Assembly: GCA_964016885.1 (NCBI GenBank)
Contig: OZ024746.1
Coordinates: forward strand, 17,174,001 to 17,238,000
DNA: 64,000 nucleotides
Direction of reading: 5' to 3'
Source: Eledone cirrhosa
Taxonomy: Eukaryota
Part shown: positions 13,401 to 25,676 of the stretch, in pieces
How positions within the stretch are numbered: the stretch's first letter is position 1
Layout of the letters: each line of letters begins with the position of its first letter
The notes under the pieces: model-generated
Told to the model about the DNA's origin: nothing
The model's database searches: none
What the model saw: only the letters and a program-made list of their open reading frames with translations
Program-made: the position numbers and the translations under genes

Positions 13401-16400
13401 CTTAAATTCTTTATTTTTTTTTGTGTGTTTATAGTTTAATGAGAAGAACAGAGCAGTGTCCACAACCTATACAGTCCCTTCAAGACCAATGGCATTGATA
13501 TGGTTTATGTTGGGCTTGAAAATCTGCAGAAAAACAATGTATGGGGAGGAGGGGAGGAGGGATAAAGATAAGTTATAGAGTTTAGTGTGGGTCTATGGCG
13601 AGGGAGACAGAATGGGCAATGAAAGGAAGAGATATAAGAGTAGTGGATGTGTCATAGGCTTAGTTGAAGATAAGAAGCAACTATTTAGTTAATAGGAGGA
13701 GAGGATGATGTCATAGTAAAATAGGCAAAGGAAAAAGATAGCAGAGCTGTCTTTATATGAGCTGTTGGAGAGGTCAAGAGACAGAGTATACCTGGGAATT
13801 AGTTGGTTGTAGTTTGATACCTTTCAGTCAGTTGATTGGCTTTTTAGGGAATACAGTCTAGGTATTCTGCATAGTAGCTGCACCATCCCAAATGTGGTTT
13901 GTAGGCAATCATTTGAAGATGAGCTGTATCAGTTGCTGGCTAGAAGAGGGAGGCTAATTAATATTTCAAATGTAGTCTTTGCTGTTATTTATGTAGGGTC
14001 ACCAGAAAATATAATCAAAGGATTTAAGGCAAAATATTAGTTGTGGCTTTGAGAATTGCTGTAAACCTAAGTTAATGAAAGTGAGAGAAGATAAGATTAT
14101 GAATTTGATGATTATTTTGATTTTCAATTCATCCACTTCAATATAGTATAGTTTCATGGTCTGTCATTTGGGTATGCATATCTTATAAGAATTAAGTTTG
14201 GTACAGAAAGTAGCTTTCTTTGGACAATATAGCATGAAGCTAATTACAGAAAACTTAACTCAGTATATAAATTTGTTATTATTGTGTAACCTCTGTCAAA
14301 CCCGATTGAATGTAAATACTTTTTTTTACCTCTTCCTTCTTCTCCACACATACACACCATATCATCATCTTGTCTTTTTGTCTTTGAAGCTCTTTTCCCC
14401 AGTCTTGTGTACTTGAAGCAGTAAATTTTATAATGCTTTCTTTCAAGATTAGTGCTTTCTTCAGTGCTCCTACTTCTTGGTGGTGATTCCTTTTAAATAG
14501 TTAGTCAAACAACTTGGTGCAGTACACACATTTAATGTTCTGGATATACTTTACTTCCATTTAGTTGAGATCAATTTCATTCCAATATGCAGTGGGCTTC
14601 AGATAGGGTATTGGTTAACTTTGGGTCAACCTTGATCAAGCAGACCTATCACTAAAAACCTCTCATGTATAACTATTTTTGAGGACATCAACCTCTGTAG
14701 TAGGGTGTTACTTGAGGCACAAGTTACTATGTAAAGGTTATATTATTGGATTGGTATTGTAGATGTGTCAAGGTGTTTGGTGGTGATTGTAACTATTGTG
14801 GCAGAGAAAACGGAAAAGTAAAAAAAATAGATGCACATACTTGGACATATCATCAGTGTTGTATCTTGGAGTCACTGACTATTTCAGGTCTTACAACATA
14901 GTCACGTTCATATATTAAAACATCTATAACTTACTTAATATTGGTAATGACAATAATTGAAGGTGAAGGTGCATGGCCCAGGGGTTAGGGTATTGAGTTC
15001 ACAACCATAGGGTTGCAGGTCTGATTGTGTCTCTGAGCAAGGCACTCCTTTTTACATTGCTTCAGTTTACACAGGTAGCTCTGCAAAGGGCTGACAGTTC
15101 GTCTTGGGGGAAATCTTGTACTTTCAGTTGCTTAACACCTCATAAAATTAGGATAAGTTCTAGCCTTCGTCCAATGTGTGCAAGCATGGAAGAACAAGCA
15201 TAAAAACAATGTTTTGATAATTATTCCCATTCTTCAGTCAACTGAACTTCCTAATTATTGTAATAACATGTAAATGGCTGAGTATTCCACAGATACATGT
15301 GCACTTAACATAAACCTCAGGATGATTTAGCGTAACACAATAAATGACAATCTTGGAATTCCAGATACAATCCATCTGATGGGCTTCCAAATAGTTTCCA
15401 TCTTCCCAATTTCATTCACAGGACATGGGTTGACCCAAGGCACTCCTCTAAGATGCCATGCAGTTGGATCAAATCTTGGGACCTTATGATTGGGAAGCGA
15501 ACTTCTTCACCATTTGGCCATTCATGGCATAAGTTTAACTTTACACATTGTTCTACACTGGAAAGTCCAGATGATTTTAATCTTAATTTTCTGACATCAT
15601 TTTTAAAATCACTTCCTGATCCCTTGCCCTCTGAAAAATCAATATACCTTTTAAAAAAAGGGTTTGACTATCCAAAAAGGGTCCACTAGTTGAAAAAGGT
15701 ACTAGTAATTGAAGTGCTCTATTATAACTATGTCCAATTTACAGCAGAGACAGCCTCAAGAAGCCATTTATCTTGTGTTTCTGAATCTGAAAAAGACTGT
15801 GTCAGTAAATATATTCTTTTAGTATGGTACTCTTTTGGTCTGCCTGAAATCACTCTTGATTCTACTATACAATCATAATTCCATGTAAGAACATTTGTTA
15901 TGGTCCAAACACCAGCTTGGTAACAAGAAATTTATTTCACAAAATCCCTCACAATCTTGGTTATTTTCAAGATAATTTGAAAATCATAGACAGTATCTTT
16001 CATTAGAAATATGGTAACAAAAATGGAATTTCTTTTTATATTATTATTTATTTCTAGGGAAATGGTGATTATGTGTGGCCTTATGATTAGGGTGTTGGGC
16101 TCATGATAATAAATTTGTTGGTTCAATTTTTGACTGGGAAGTGTGTTGTGTACTTTAGCAAGGCACTTCATTTCATGTTGCTTCAGTTGCTGAAAATAGA
16201 AATGGGTGGCAGTTAACACTGGCAGTTAATTGGGAGTCAACACTGTGATGGGCTAGCAGGTTGTCTTGGTAAAGTCATGTACTCAGCTGCTTAATGCCAA
16301 TGAGACTGCTTTCAGGCCTTGGTGAAGAAGAGCTCTTCTCAATATTTAAGAGGGCTAATATATATATATTTTTTTATAGGGAATTGGGTGATAGATATTC

Positions 16401-16957
16401 ACAAACCCTTTCTTGGCTCTAGATAAATATACCAGTTGAACCCCACTCTCTTAAGAGTCCTAACTAGAGCACACAAGCGAAGATATATGGTTTAGTGGTT
16501 AGAGTGTTGGACTTATGATTGTAAGTTCACGGGTTTGATTCCTTAACCAAGTGGTGCATTGTGTCCTTAAGAAAGACACATTGCTCCAGTTGATTCAGCT
16601 GTGTACCTACAGTAACTGAGGGTTAACCTTGTCATTCCATCCAGAGGGAGTCTTGTACTACAATATTGTACCACATTGACTATAGCAGCACACAAACTGT
16701 ACTGCAATACAACACAATGGCAGATTATTTTATGTCGCTTTCCTTACTTTATATTGCAGTATGTTGGAGAACAACAATCTCTTAAAGCTAATAGGCGTTG
16801 TGCTAGACAAAGATGTTTGCCTGGTATTGGAATATATGGAAGAAGGAAGCCTCCTTGACTACCTACGGTCTCGAGGTAGAGATATCAAACAGGAATGGCA
16901 GCTCAGTGTAATAGAGTAAGATACTATCATTGCATATATATATATATTGTTTATTTG

Positions 16958-16998
<41 letters not shown>

Positions 16999-17892
16999 AG
17001 GCGGTGAATTGGCAGTATCAGTAGAGGGTTGGACGCTATGCTTTCTAGCATAGTTACCTCCCTTTACGGTCTGAGTTCAAATCCTGCCGATGTTAGCTTT
17101 GCCTTTCATCCTTACGGGGTCGATAAAATGAAGCACCAGTAATGCACTGGGGTCGATTTAATCAACATGCTGCTGCCCAAAAATTGTTGGCCTTGTGCCT
17201 ATAGTTGAAATCATTATTATTATTATTATGGATATGTGATGCATATGAGGTATGACAGCTGTATAAAAAGGTGTAAGGTGCTCAAAGTTGATGGAAACCA
17301 TGAAATGGGAGGACCCAGGAAGACTTGGAATGAGGTGATAAAACCTGACCTTGCTCAATTGCACCTCTCAAACGTGTTGACACAGGACCAAGATCTCTGG
17401 CATTATGCAGTAATACAGAAAATATGCCTTTCAGTGAGCACAGGCTGAAACATATAGTATACACCACCTTCACCTTCATCACACCCCACTCTTCCATACA
17501 CCTACCATGAACACAAGCTGAAGGATACATCTAGTGTGCACCACCTCATCCCACGTCCTAAAACTCTGTCCCTCACACACGCCCAAATATATGTATATAT
17601 GTATATATATATATAGATGAATATATATATATGTATATATGTATATCCCAGTACACATGTATATGTATATATATATATATATATATATAGGAACGAGTAG
17701 GACCCCGACAGCTAATTCTGGACTAAATGAAAATTTTTATCCTGGTATATGAATAGCCGAGCTTCTCAGGGGGTAATTCCATATATGGTAAAAGTGATTG
17801 TCACAAGGATTGGTCAAAAGTTTGTTGTTGAGACACATAATTCTATCATTTCTTCGTTATGGTCCACCTGGTTCCTTACCACATTTCCTTCG

Positions 17893-17925
<33 letters not shown>

Positions 17926-17936
17926 GTATGTGTATG

Positions 17937-17987
<51 letters not shown>

Positions 17988-18115
17988 GTATGTGTATGTA
18001 TATAATGTACATATATGTATGTGTATGTATGTATATATATACGTATGTGTATGTATATAATGTACATATATGTATATGTATATAATGTATATATATGTAT
18101 AAGTATATAATGTAC

Positions 18116-18165
<50 letters not shown>

Positions 18166-21100
18166 GTGTATGTATATAATGTATATACATGTGTATGTAT
18201 ATATGTATGTATGTATATGTATATATGTGTATGTATATAATGTATATACATGTGTATGTATATATGTATGTATGTATATGTATATGTGTGTATGTATATA
18301 ATGTACATATACATATGTATGTACATAATGTACATATACCTATGTACATTATACATACGTATGTGCATATATATGTGTTTGATTTCAAACCGTCTCATAG
18401 GCCTCTGTTTCTTTTTATTTGTTATAATGTATAACAAATGTTATAATGTATAATTTCTTTGAGAATCTTAATTAATTCTTTGTCTGTTATTTTTGTATAA
18501 CTCCAGAGATATTTGTGCAGGAATGGTATATCTGGAAAGCAAGAACATTGTTCACTGTGATCTTGCTGCCCGGAATATTTTAATATCGAAACATTTTAAA
18601 ATAAAGGTGAGTGACTGAATTCTCCTTCTCAATATTCATAGAAACAAAGTTATTGGATTGGAAAATCCTTTGAGTGTCAGTCAAATGCTTAGCAGTATTT
18701 GTTTTGACACTTCCTGTTCTGAGTTCAAATCCCACTGGAGTTAGTCTGCCTTTCATCCTTACAGGGTTGATAATATAAAGTAGCCGTAAGGTACTGGGGT
18801 TGATTTAACCCTTTAGCATTTACATTACTCTATATATACTGTTGTATTTTCATAGTAAATACTTTATTTTACATAATTATCTCATGTAATATCAAATCTA
18901 TGAGATTTTGATGTGGCTGATTGGTTATAGAACTGGATTCTCAATCATAAGGTTGTCAGTTCGATTCCTGGACCAGGTGGTGCATTATGTCCTCGAGCAA
19001 GACACTTTATTTCACGTTGCTCCTTCTACATGGAGTTGCGATTGATAGATAGTATTAGCAATTGGAAAGACCAATAGAAACATTATTTCCTCGGTCCGAG
19101 TTGACAAAAGTCGATCAACAAATGTTTTATTTTAAAAACAATACCTTAATGTCAGTATGAGTGGCCAGTTACAGCCGGTTTGAACAGAAAGAGGTGAGAG
19201 AATTCTGGCTGGATACGGCTAGTTTAAATGCTAAAGGGTTTAATAACCCTTCTGCCTCCCTGAATAATGTTAGAAACAGTATTTATAGAAATGTTTTGTT
19301 ATAGGAAGAGCATTCATCCATAGAAAACAAACCAAAAATGGGATATATTGAACGAGTTGTTGTTCCCGAACATGTGATGGTTAGTGACAGTGAGACTGAC
19401 ATGTCAAGGAAGAGTGATGAAGCATATATATATATATATCATCATCATCATCATTTAACGTCCATCTTCCACGATAGTATGGGTTAGACGGAAATTGTCC
19501 CACTTGAGGCAAGATTGGTTGGATGACCATGTCTCGCTCATATAAGACTGTATCTGTCAGGTTTTCTACGACTAGATGCCCTTCCTAACACCAACCACAT
19601 TCACAGTGTGGACTGTGAGCCTTTTTACCGTGTCTCCTACATGACCACTTTACTGCATGGAGTGGGTGCTTTTTGTTGTGACACCGACACAACCACTTTA
19701 GTGTGGAGTGGATGTTTTGTGGTACCAACATAACTTTACAGAGAAAGGGTAGAAGTGGGAGGATGGACTAGTGGGTTTAACTTTGTATGTAAGGAAAGGC
19801 GGGTCTTCTGTATTACTGCATAGCGCCAAAGGTCTCGATCCAGTGACATTGTCTTAGAGAGGTGTAAGTGTGCAAGGTCAGATTTTATATATATATATAT
19901 ATATACCATGGAAACAAAAAATAAAATGGACAAACACGAGGATGCAAAAACATATCACACTTAAACATTTTCTGTCCATTTTTCCTGCTATTGCAGGCAA
20001 TAGTCTTGCAGGCCCCTGACTGGCTTCATTATATTATGGAGCCTTTTCCTGGTGCCAACACATTGTCATTTCTTACAGTGTTGTTACAATATACAGTGTA
20101 TTCTAAGTTAGATACCCAGAGCAGTGGGGCTAAACCTGAAACCATATGGTTCTGAAGTGAACCTCTTAACCATACAGCCATCATCATCATCATTTAAATT
20201 CATTGTTATTGCTGGCATGGGTTGTCATGGTCAAAGACTAGGCAAGCCAAAGAACCATGTCTTGATCATAGGTTCTCCATTTAGGTTTCTGTGGTTGGAT
20301 GCCTTTCCTTAAGCCAACCATTTTACTGTGTGTTGTATAGTGCCTGATTATATATTTATTGTATGTAGACTTTTCTTCACAGATAAGTGACTTTGGATTA
20401 TCTAAACCTAATGGAACTAAAGATTCAAAAAATAAGTTTCCTGTTAGATGGACGGCACCAGAAGCCATTACAAGCAGAGTAAGTTTATTCTATTTTTTTC
20501 ATTGGTTTTAGTCATTTTGATGCAACCATGCTGGGCACTGTCAGTATTTATTTTATTGTTTAACTGCTAAATGACAGGAGTTAAACATGTCTTTTTCTCA
20601 CACAGCATCCTGCCAATTGTTGCATTCCTTCATCATATCCTCTCTTAGCTTCGACTTGATCAGCTCCCACCATCTTTGTCCAGGTTTTCCTCTACTGAGA
20701 CACCTTGGCACTTCATCAGTCATATGCATTAAATGTCCATATCAGTGCAGTCTTCTCTCTTGCATGCTACATCTGATTCCTCTTATACTCAGTTTTTCTC
20801 AGCTCATCCATTGAATCACACTCACTTCATTTCACCTTAGCATATCCTCTACATTTACTGCCCATGCCTCATTACCATGCAGGCTTCTTAGACAACCAGC
20901 CTTTTACTTGTAGGGAGAAACTTTTGTTCTTAACAGGGGTAGTAACTCCCTGAACTTTTTCCATCCTGTTTTAATTCTAGCTGCTATGTACTCAGAGCAA
21001 ACTTTTCCACTGCTAATTAGCAGAAGCTATCAATCACTTTTATGGAGCCTTCCTGTGATTGGAAAAAGTTTATTTCACTGATGCTCTTAGTACAAACTAT

Positions 21101-24100
21101 TCATGTACATCTGCCACATAGTTTACTTTTTGTGTTAGTCTGTCTGCTATCCCACAACTCCTCTTGTGTACCCAAGATTTACAATGTACACATCGTATAG
21201 AGTTACTACCTACTCTTATTTTACTTTCTTTCTAGGACCACAGTCCCGTCTTCTTTCTTTCTTACTAAAATTTTGATTTTTCCCAGAATTTCTCCTCTAA
21301 CTCTTCCACAGATTCAGATAAGAACCAGGTACTCAGCATACAATAGCTCCATAGACAACCAATCTTAAATTCCTGGAGTATAATAAATGGGAGTGGGCCA
21401 AGTACTGAGCCTTCATGAACACATACCTACATAATAAATTCCTCACTTTACTGACAGCTCCTCTGTACATGGCTTGCAAATCACTCACAAGACATTTTTC
21501 TACACCTAATTTCCTTAAGGATCACCAGATGACAAATCGTGGTATTGTCAAAAGCTAGTTATAGTGGCTTACATTTAGCTAGGACGTTCTCTTATAATTG
21601 TCTGAGGGAATTTATGGAGCCACTTCTTGGCTCAAAACCAAACAGTATCTCATCTAATTTGACTTTTTTCCTCTAATTGTGTCATTTTCGTAATTTGGTC
21701 CAGTTTTATAGCCCTGTAGTTGTTCTTTTCTAAAGTAATGGAAAGACCAATAGAAACATTGTTTCCTTGTCCAATCTATTAATTGGCTTCGTTTTAAAGT
21801 ATTTTAATGAATTTTAAACCCGTTATGTTATGTTCCAAACAGCAGCTTAGTAATGTAGAACTTAGCTATTTTATTAAATCTGTCCAGATTCCTGAATATT
21901 TAAAAGATTTATTGATACACATGGACAATGTATTTTGTTAGAAAAAGGGTTATGGTAATATGATGGTTACAATACAGAGTATTGAATAGACCTGAAGCCT
22001 CAACTACCATTGATTGATTTATGGTACATTTGGTCTTTTCAAGTCTTCTATGATTCAAAACTAATTGTTATAAAATATATTTATCTAAATAAAAACTTCC
22101 ATTGTAATTTTATGTTAGAACTTGTATTATGCTTTCTTTCAAACCAACTTAATGAAAACATTTTTGAAAATTATAAGCATTGTCTTCTATTAGAAATATG
22201 TTACTAATACTGCTTTATCTACAAACATGTCCAATATGGGAGCCTTTACATTGTTGGTTGAACTTATAGTAATCAAGTCTTCCTCAAATTACACCCTATT
22301 ATCTTAGAAAAGGCCTTATTGGGTAATGATCCTTGTACTGAAGAAAAAGACATAAGTCTGCTGGATCAAAGTTGACCTGGAGCTTAAACAACAATAAGTA
22401 CATCTGGCTTATATTGAAACTAAAGGAATAATTAATGTGTTTATCAAATAGCCTGGGTCAGTATTGTGTAACTAGACCTATTGAAGTCCTCATTTAATGT
22501 CTATTTTCCATATTTGCATTTGTTAAATGGACTGACATATTCTGTGGCTAGACAGGTCAGGTGACATCTTGCTCATACATTATATTTATGGCTTGGTTTC
22601 CTATAGCTGGATGCCATTCCTAATGTATACCACTGAACAGCATGCATTGGGTCATTCCCCAGTGGGAGAGGAGGAGGTAACCAGTAATAATGGTGGTGAT
22701 ATTGATGAAAAGCTAAGACTTCATATTACTTAATTTTCTACATTCAGGTTTTCACCCATAAATGTGATGTTTGGAGTTATGGTGTGGTGTTGTGGGAAAT
22801 AGTTTCATTTGGCAAGATACCTTATTCACACGTTGTAAGTATATTATTTAATTTTTACATTACATATGTATCTTCGTCAGTGAGTGAAAATTGAGACTTA
22901 AAAAATAAGGTAATATTTCAGAAACAGAGCATATGACCGCTATCCCTAACATTGCTTCATGCTCCTGGTAGACAGAATGGTGAATGCATTACCCTGAAAA
23001 AAAAATCAATCCAATGAATTCACTAAAATAGATGTATTTCTATATATAATTGGTTTTAAGAGTCATTTCCCCAGCTATAGCAAGGCTTAGCTCTGATAGG
23101 CCATATGGTGTCCTTTTTGAGGCACTGTTTTACAGCCAGATGCCCTTGATACCAACTCTTTTACTTCTAAACCAGAAGACATAGAATACGCTAAAGTAAA
23201 CGTGGTACATCATCATCATCACCATTTTACGTTTATTTTCTTTGCTTGCATGTGTTTGATGGGTTGTCATTCTGAAACATGACTGGTCGATATGTTCCAT
23301 TCTCGCACAGTTTCTACAGCTAAACCAGATACTCTCATCATTTTCCCACACTAGCAAAGGGTTGGATGGGTTGTCAGACCAAATCAGTATTTAATTGGAG
23401 CACTCACCAAGGAGCCAGGGGCCCACACCTTATTCTGGCTTTGGCATAGTTTCTATAGCTGGATGCACTAGAGAGATTGTCTTGACTTTCACAGGTCCTC
23501 TTGGACTTGTTATCTTAACATTCTGATTTAGCATAAAATATATTAAAAATGTCTGTTAATTCAGATATTTATAGTATATTTACTAGTGGACTGATCATTA
23601 TGAAAATTTGCAGTAAAATAGACTAATTTTTTATGGGGTGTTGTCAAAGTGCTGTTTTGTACTTAAAAAGAATGTCTTGGTAATGTAGTACTAGACATTC
23701 AGCGTTAATGTGTGGTTCATACTAACTTCAGCATTTGTAGTATTTTAAATCTTAATTAGAAAGTAGTGCCCATGACCTTTTTTAGAAACTGGAAGAGAGG
23801 AAAGTATATATCATCATCATCATCAACGTTTAACGTCCGTGTTCCACGCTTGCATGGGTTTGGACGGGGGTAGTCCCACTTGAGGCAAGAGTGATTGTCT
23901 TGCTCGCATAGGGCTGTCTGGCCGGTTTTCTACAGTTGGATGCCCTTCCTAACACCAACCACATTTACAGTGTGGGTCTGGGAGGTTTTTACCGTGTTGC
24001 CTACACGGCCACATTACAGCGTGGACTGTGTGTTTTTTTTGTCGTGACACCTACACGATCTCATTTGTTTCGGCCTGGATGGCGCGGCACCAACATAACT

Positions 24101-24873
24101 TTACATAGAACGGGGTGGGGGGGGGTGTATTTTGTTAGAGATGCCTACTGGCAAGGCGGGTCTTCTCTGTTACTGAGTACCGCCAAAGGTCTCGGTCCAG
24201 TGACATTGTCTTGGAGAGGTGTAAGTGTGTGAGGTCGGAGTTTATCAGCTCATCCCATGTTTTTCTAGGTCTGCCTATTCCGTGGCTACCGTCTATCTTT
24301 ATTGCCCTGCACTTTGTTATACAGCTATCGACTTTCATGCGCATCACATGTCCATACCAACGTAGCCTTCTCTCGAGTAAACAACATCTGATCCCTCTTA
24401 TCTCTAATTTTTTCCTTAGTTCGTTTATGCTTTGCCGTTCACGTATATTACTGTTACACATCCAGCGGAGCATGCAAGCTTCGTTCCTCTCTAGTCTGCG
24501 TATATCCTCTGCACACAATGCCCAGGTCTCACTACCATGCAACATTGCTGTTCGTATGCAGGCATCGTACAACCTGCCTTTCATTTTTAGGGAGAACCCT
24601 TTAGCAGCTAATAGTGGTATAAGCTCTCTGAACTTATATATATATATATATAATGTACCATACATTTTGAATTGAAATTTTAATTTCTTTCCACAGCCAT
24701 CAGTCAAAATTTCAAGTTATATCAATGAGGGTAACAGGTTGGTAATACCCAATGAATGCCTTCTCCCTCTACGAAGTATCATCGAGAATACTTGGAATAT
24801 AAATCCATCTGAACGAAAAAGTTTTGATGAAATCTATCAAAATCTGGTTTTTGTTTTTGGTACTTATGTCTGA
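4380..24873 (+). CDS. Divergent Csk-family non-receptor tyrosine kinase (SH2 + kinase, no SH3 seen); 9 coding exons, 374 aa
   Basis: Exons 4380-4417, 9319-9538, 11500-11650, 13265-13364, 16760-16915, 18507-18606, 20383-20478, 22748-22834, 24697-24873 join in frame (1125 nt) with GT-AG introns. SH2 WFH...YLLRES; kinase VAVK, alpha[14 protein letters not shown] (Csk hallmark), [11 protein letters not shown], short Tyr-free activation loop, [17 protein letters not shown]. Confidence 0.9.
5802..6494 (+). mobile_element. Degenerate hAT (Buster/Charlie-type) DNA transposon remnant
   Basis: CAGAGGTTCTCAAAGTGGG terminus preceded by an nnnTAnnn site (ACTTAGAA); transposase C-terminus [26 protein letters not shown]...GDLRL...H*THPSH* with internal stops. 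Confidence 0.85.
6960..7245 (-). mobile_element. RTE LINE 3' fragment (same family as 27440-30546)
   Basis: (GAT)n tail and close match to 27440-27730. Confidence 0.75.
7262..7484 (-). mobile_element. tRNA-derived SINE with Nin-like core and 11-bp TSD
   Basis: B-box GAGTTCAAATCC and TTTTCATTC...GGGGTCGATAAAATAAAGTACCAG core on -; TSD GTCTAATTAAT at 7251-7261 and 7485-7495. Confidence 0.8.
7560..7890. repeat. Minisatellite, 36-46-bp unit GTGCAGAGCATTGTTGATCCATGTGTGTATATGTGT
   Basis: About 9 tandem copies. Confidence 0.9.
8640..9240. repeat. Minisatellite, 34-36-bp unit GTGAGCTGAGTATTGTTGATCT(CT)GTGTGTACAT
   Basis: About 17 tandem copies ending about 80 bp before the SH2 exon. Confidence 0.92.
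9319..9538 (+). CDS. Csk-like kinase exon 2 (SH2 domain)
   Basis: ttttag acceptor; [15 protein letters not shown]...GSYLLRES...VKHYRL...FSNIQELIE; GT donor at 9539. Confidence 0.9.
10640..11190 (-). mobile_element. Degraded RTE LINE ORF fragment
   Basis: Similar to 28800-29220 (WKCYHERL..., EGPAIE). Confidence 0.65.
11500..11650 (+). CDS. Csk-like kinase exon 3 (SH2 end, linker, Gly-rich loop)
   Basis: cattttag acceptor; [17 protein letters not shown]...[13 protein letters not shown]; G|GTAAGT donor. Confidence 0.85.
13265..13364 (+). CDS. Csk-like kinase exon 4 (VAVK, alphaC)
   Basis: [34 protein letters not shown]; acag acceptor, GTAAGG donor. Confidence 0.9.
16760..16915 (+). CDS. Csk-like kinase exon 5 (hinge, alphaD)
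   Basis: [51 protein letters not shown]; ttgcag acceptor, GTAAG donor. Confidence 0.92.
16998..17225 (+). mobile_element. tRNA-derived SINE with Nin-like core
   Basis: GAGTTCAAATCC B-box, TTTGCCTTTCATCCTTACGGGGTCGATAAAATG core, (ATT)n tail. Related copies near 18655-18805, 26750-26880, 30552-30735, 42845-43040, 47900-48090 and 51570-51720. Confidence 0.8.
17894..18375. repeat. TA/TG-rich compound microsatellite
   Basis: Low-complexity TATG/TA runs. Confidence 0.92.
18507..18606 (+). CDS. Csk-like kinase exon 6 (catalytic loop)
   Basis: [33 protein letters not shown]; ctccag acceptor, GTGAGT donor. Confidence 0.93.
18809..19238. mobile_element. piggyBac-like MITE with a nested tRNA-SINE fragment
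   Basis: TTAA|CCCTTTAGCATTTA...TAAATGCTAAAGGG TIRs; a shorter copy without the insert lies at 61703-61909. Confidence 0.75.
19440..19885 (-). mobile_element. RTE-family 3' fragment ([20 protein letters not shown] + long 3' UTR)
   Basis: Same family as 23810-24632 and 31040-31780; (GAT)n tail. Confidence 0.8.
20383..20478 (+). CDS. Csk-like kinase exon 7 (DFG to APE)
   Basis: [32 protein letters not shown]; cacag acceptor, GTAAGT donor. Confidence 0.93.
20600..21740 (-). mobile_element. Degraded RTE LINE RT / C-terminal fragment
   Basis: Aligns by eye to 27600-28870, including RT motifs and PHD remnant [15 protein letters not shown]. Confidence 0.75.
22748..22834 (+). CDS. Csk-like kinase exon 8 (alphaF)
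   Basis: [29 protein letters not shown]; ttcag acceptor, GTAAGT donor. Confidence 0.93.
23810..24632 (-). mobile_element. 5'-truncated RTE LINE (intact C-terminal ORF piece + 3' UTR)
   Basis: KFRELIPLL...[17 protein letters not shown]...[12 protein letters not shown]...GRPRKTW; (GAT)n tail. Confidence 0.9.
24697..24873 (+). CDS. Csk-like kinase exon 9 (C-lobe end, stop)
   Basis: [58 protein letters not shown]; ccacag acceptor. Confidence 0.9.
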   Translation, partial: PSVKISSYINEGNRLVIPNECLLPLRSIIENTWNINPSERKSFDEIYQNLVFVFGTYV

Positions 24874-25023
24874 AAGTTTTATTTTGATAATATTTATAGG
24901 ACAATGTTATTCTACTAATCTAGAAAAATACTAAGGTAAAGTAACATCTAATTCAACATATATATTACTTGGAATATGGTAACACAAATAATTACATTGA
25001 CCAAGTTCTGAGAGTAACCATGA

Positions 25024-25029
25024 AATAAA
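25024..25029 (+). terminator. Candidate polyadenylation signal (AATAAA) of the kinase gene
   Basis: First AATAAA about 150 nt after the TGA, followed by T/GT-rich sequence. Confidence 0.5.
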
Positions 25030-25676
25030 GTCTATTTTTTCTATGCTGTTGTACTGTTTATTAATTCTACCAATGTTTTTCATATTCAATATTTTTCCTC
25101 ATTGCTCCTCTTGGGCATGTTTACCATGAAAAAATGAAGGTAACATACTGTATTACATTAAATATTTAATGCTGCAAGTATTCACAAAAATACTAGAAAC
25201 ATTTGAATTATTGAATGTGGTTTTAGATATTTTCTGCTAAATCCTTACAGGATGTTAAGAGTTAACCAAACTACATAAAAACACATAACAGACATCTTTC
25301 AACTGAGCTGTCAAAAAATGTGTGAGTTAGTGATATTGCTTTCCATGCTTACATGGATTGGAGGAAGTGCAGAGCTTATTCCAGTTTCATTGGCATTAAG
25401 CTATTAAAAATATAAGACTCCTTCCTGGACAAGATGCTTGTCCATCACAAGGCTAACTCTCAGCTGAGAGACTGGAGAAATGTAAAATGAAATGCCTTGC
25501 TCAAGAACAACATGACTGGTCCAGGAATCAGAACCACAACTTTATGATAGTAGGCCTAACACCCGAACCACTTAACCTCATGACGTCAAAAAATGTAAAA
25601 CATAATAGAAATTACAAAATTGAATATTTTAATGAGAATCTTAAGCAAACCAATCTGAAATTTGTTCACTCTTTAA

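Noticed and set aside
16480-16600. tRNA-like A/B boxes here and near 11680, 14965, 16070, 18912 and 51400-51550
   Set aside because: Heads of tRNA-derived SINEs (followed by a GTGTCCTTGAGCAAG-type core), with no full cloverleaf
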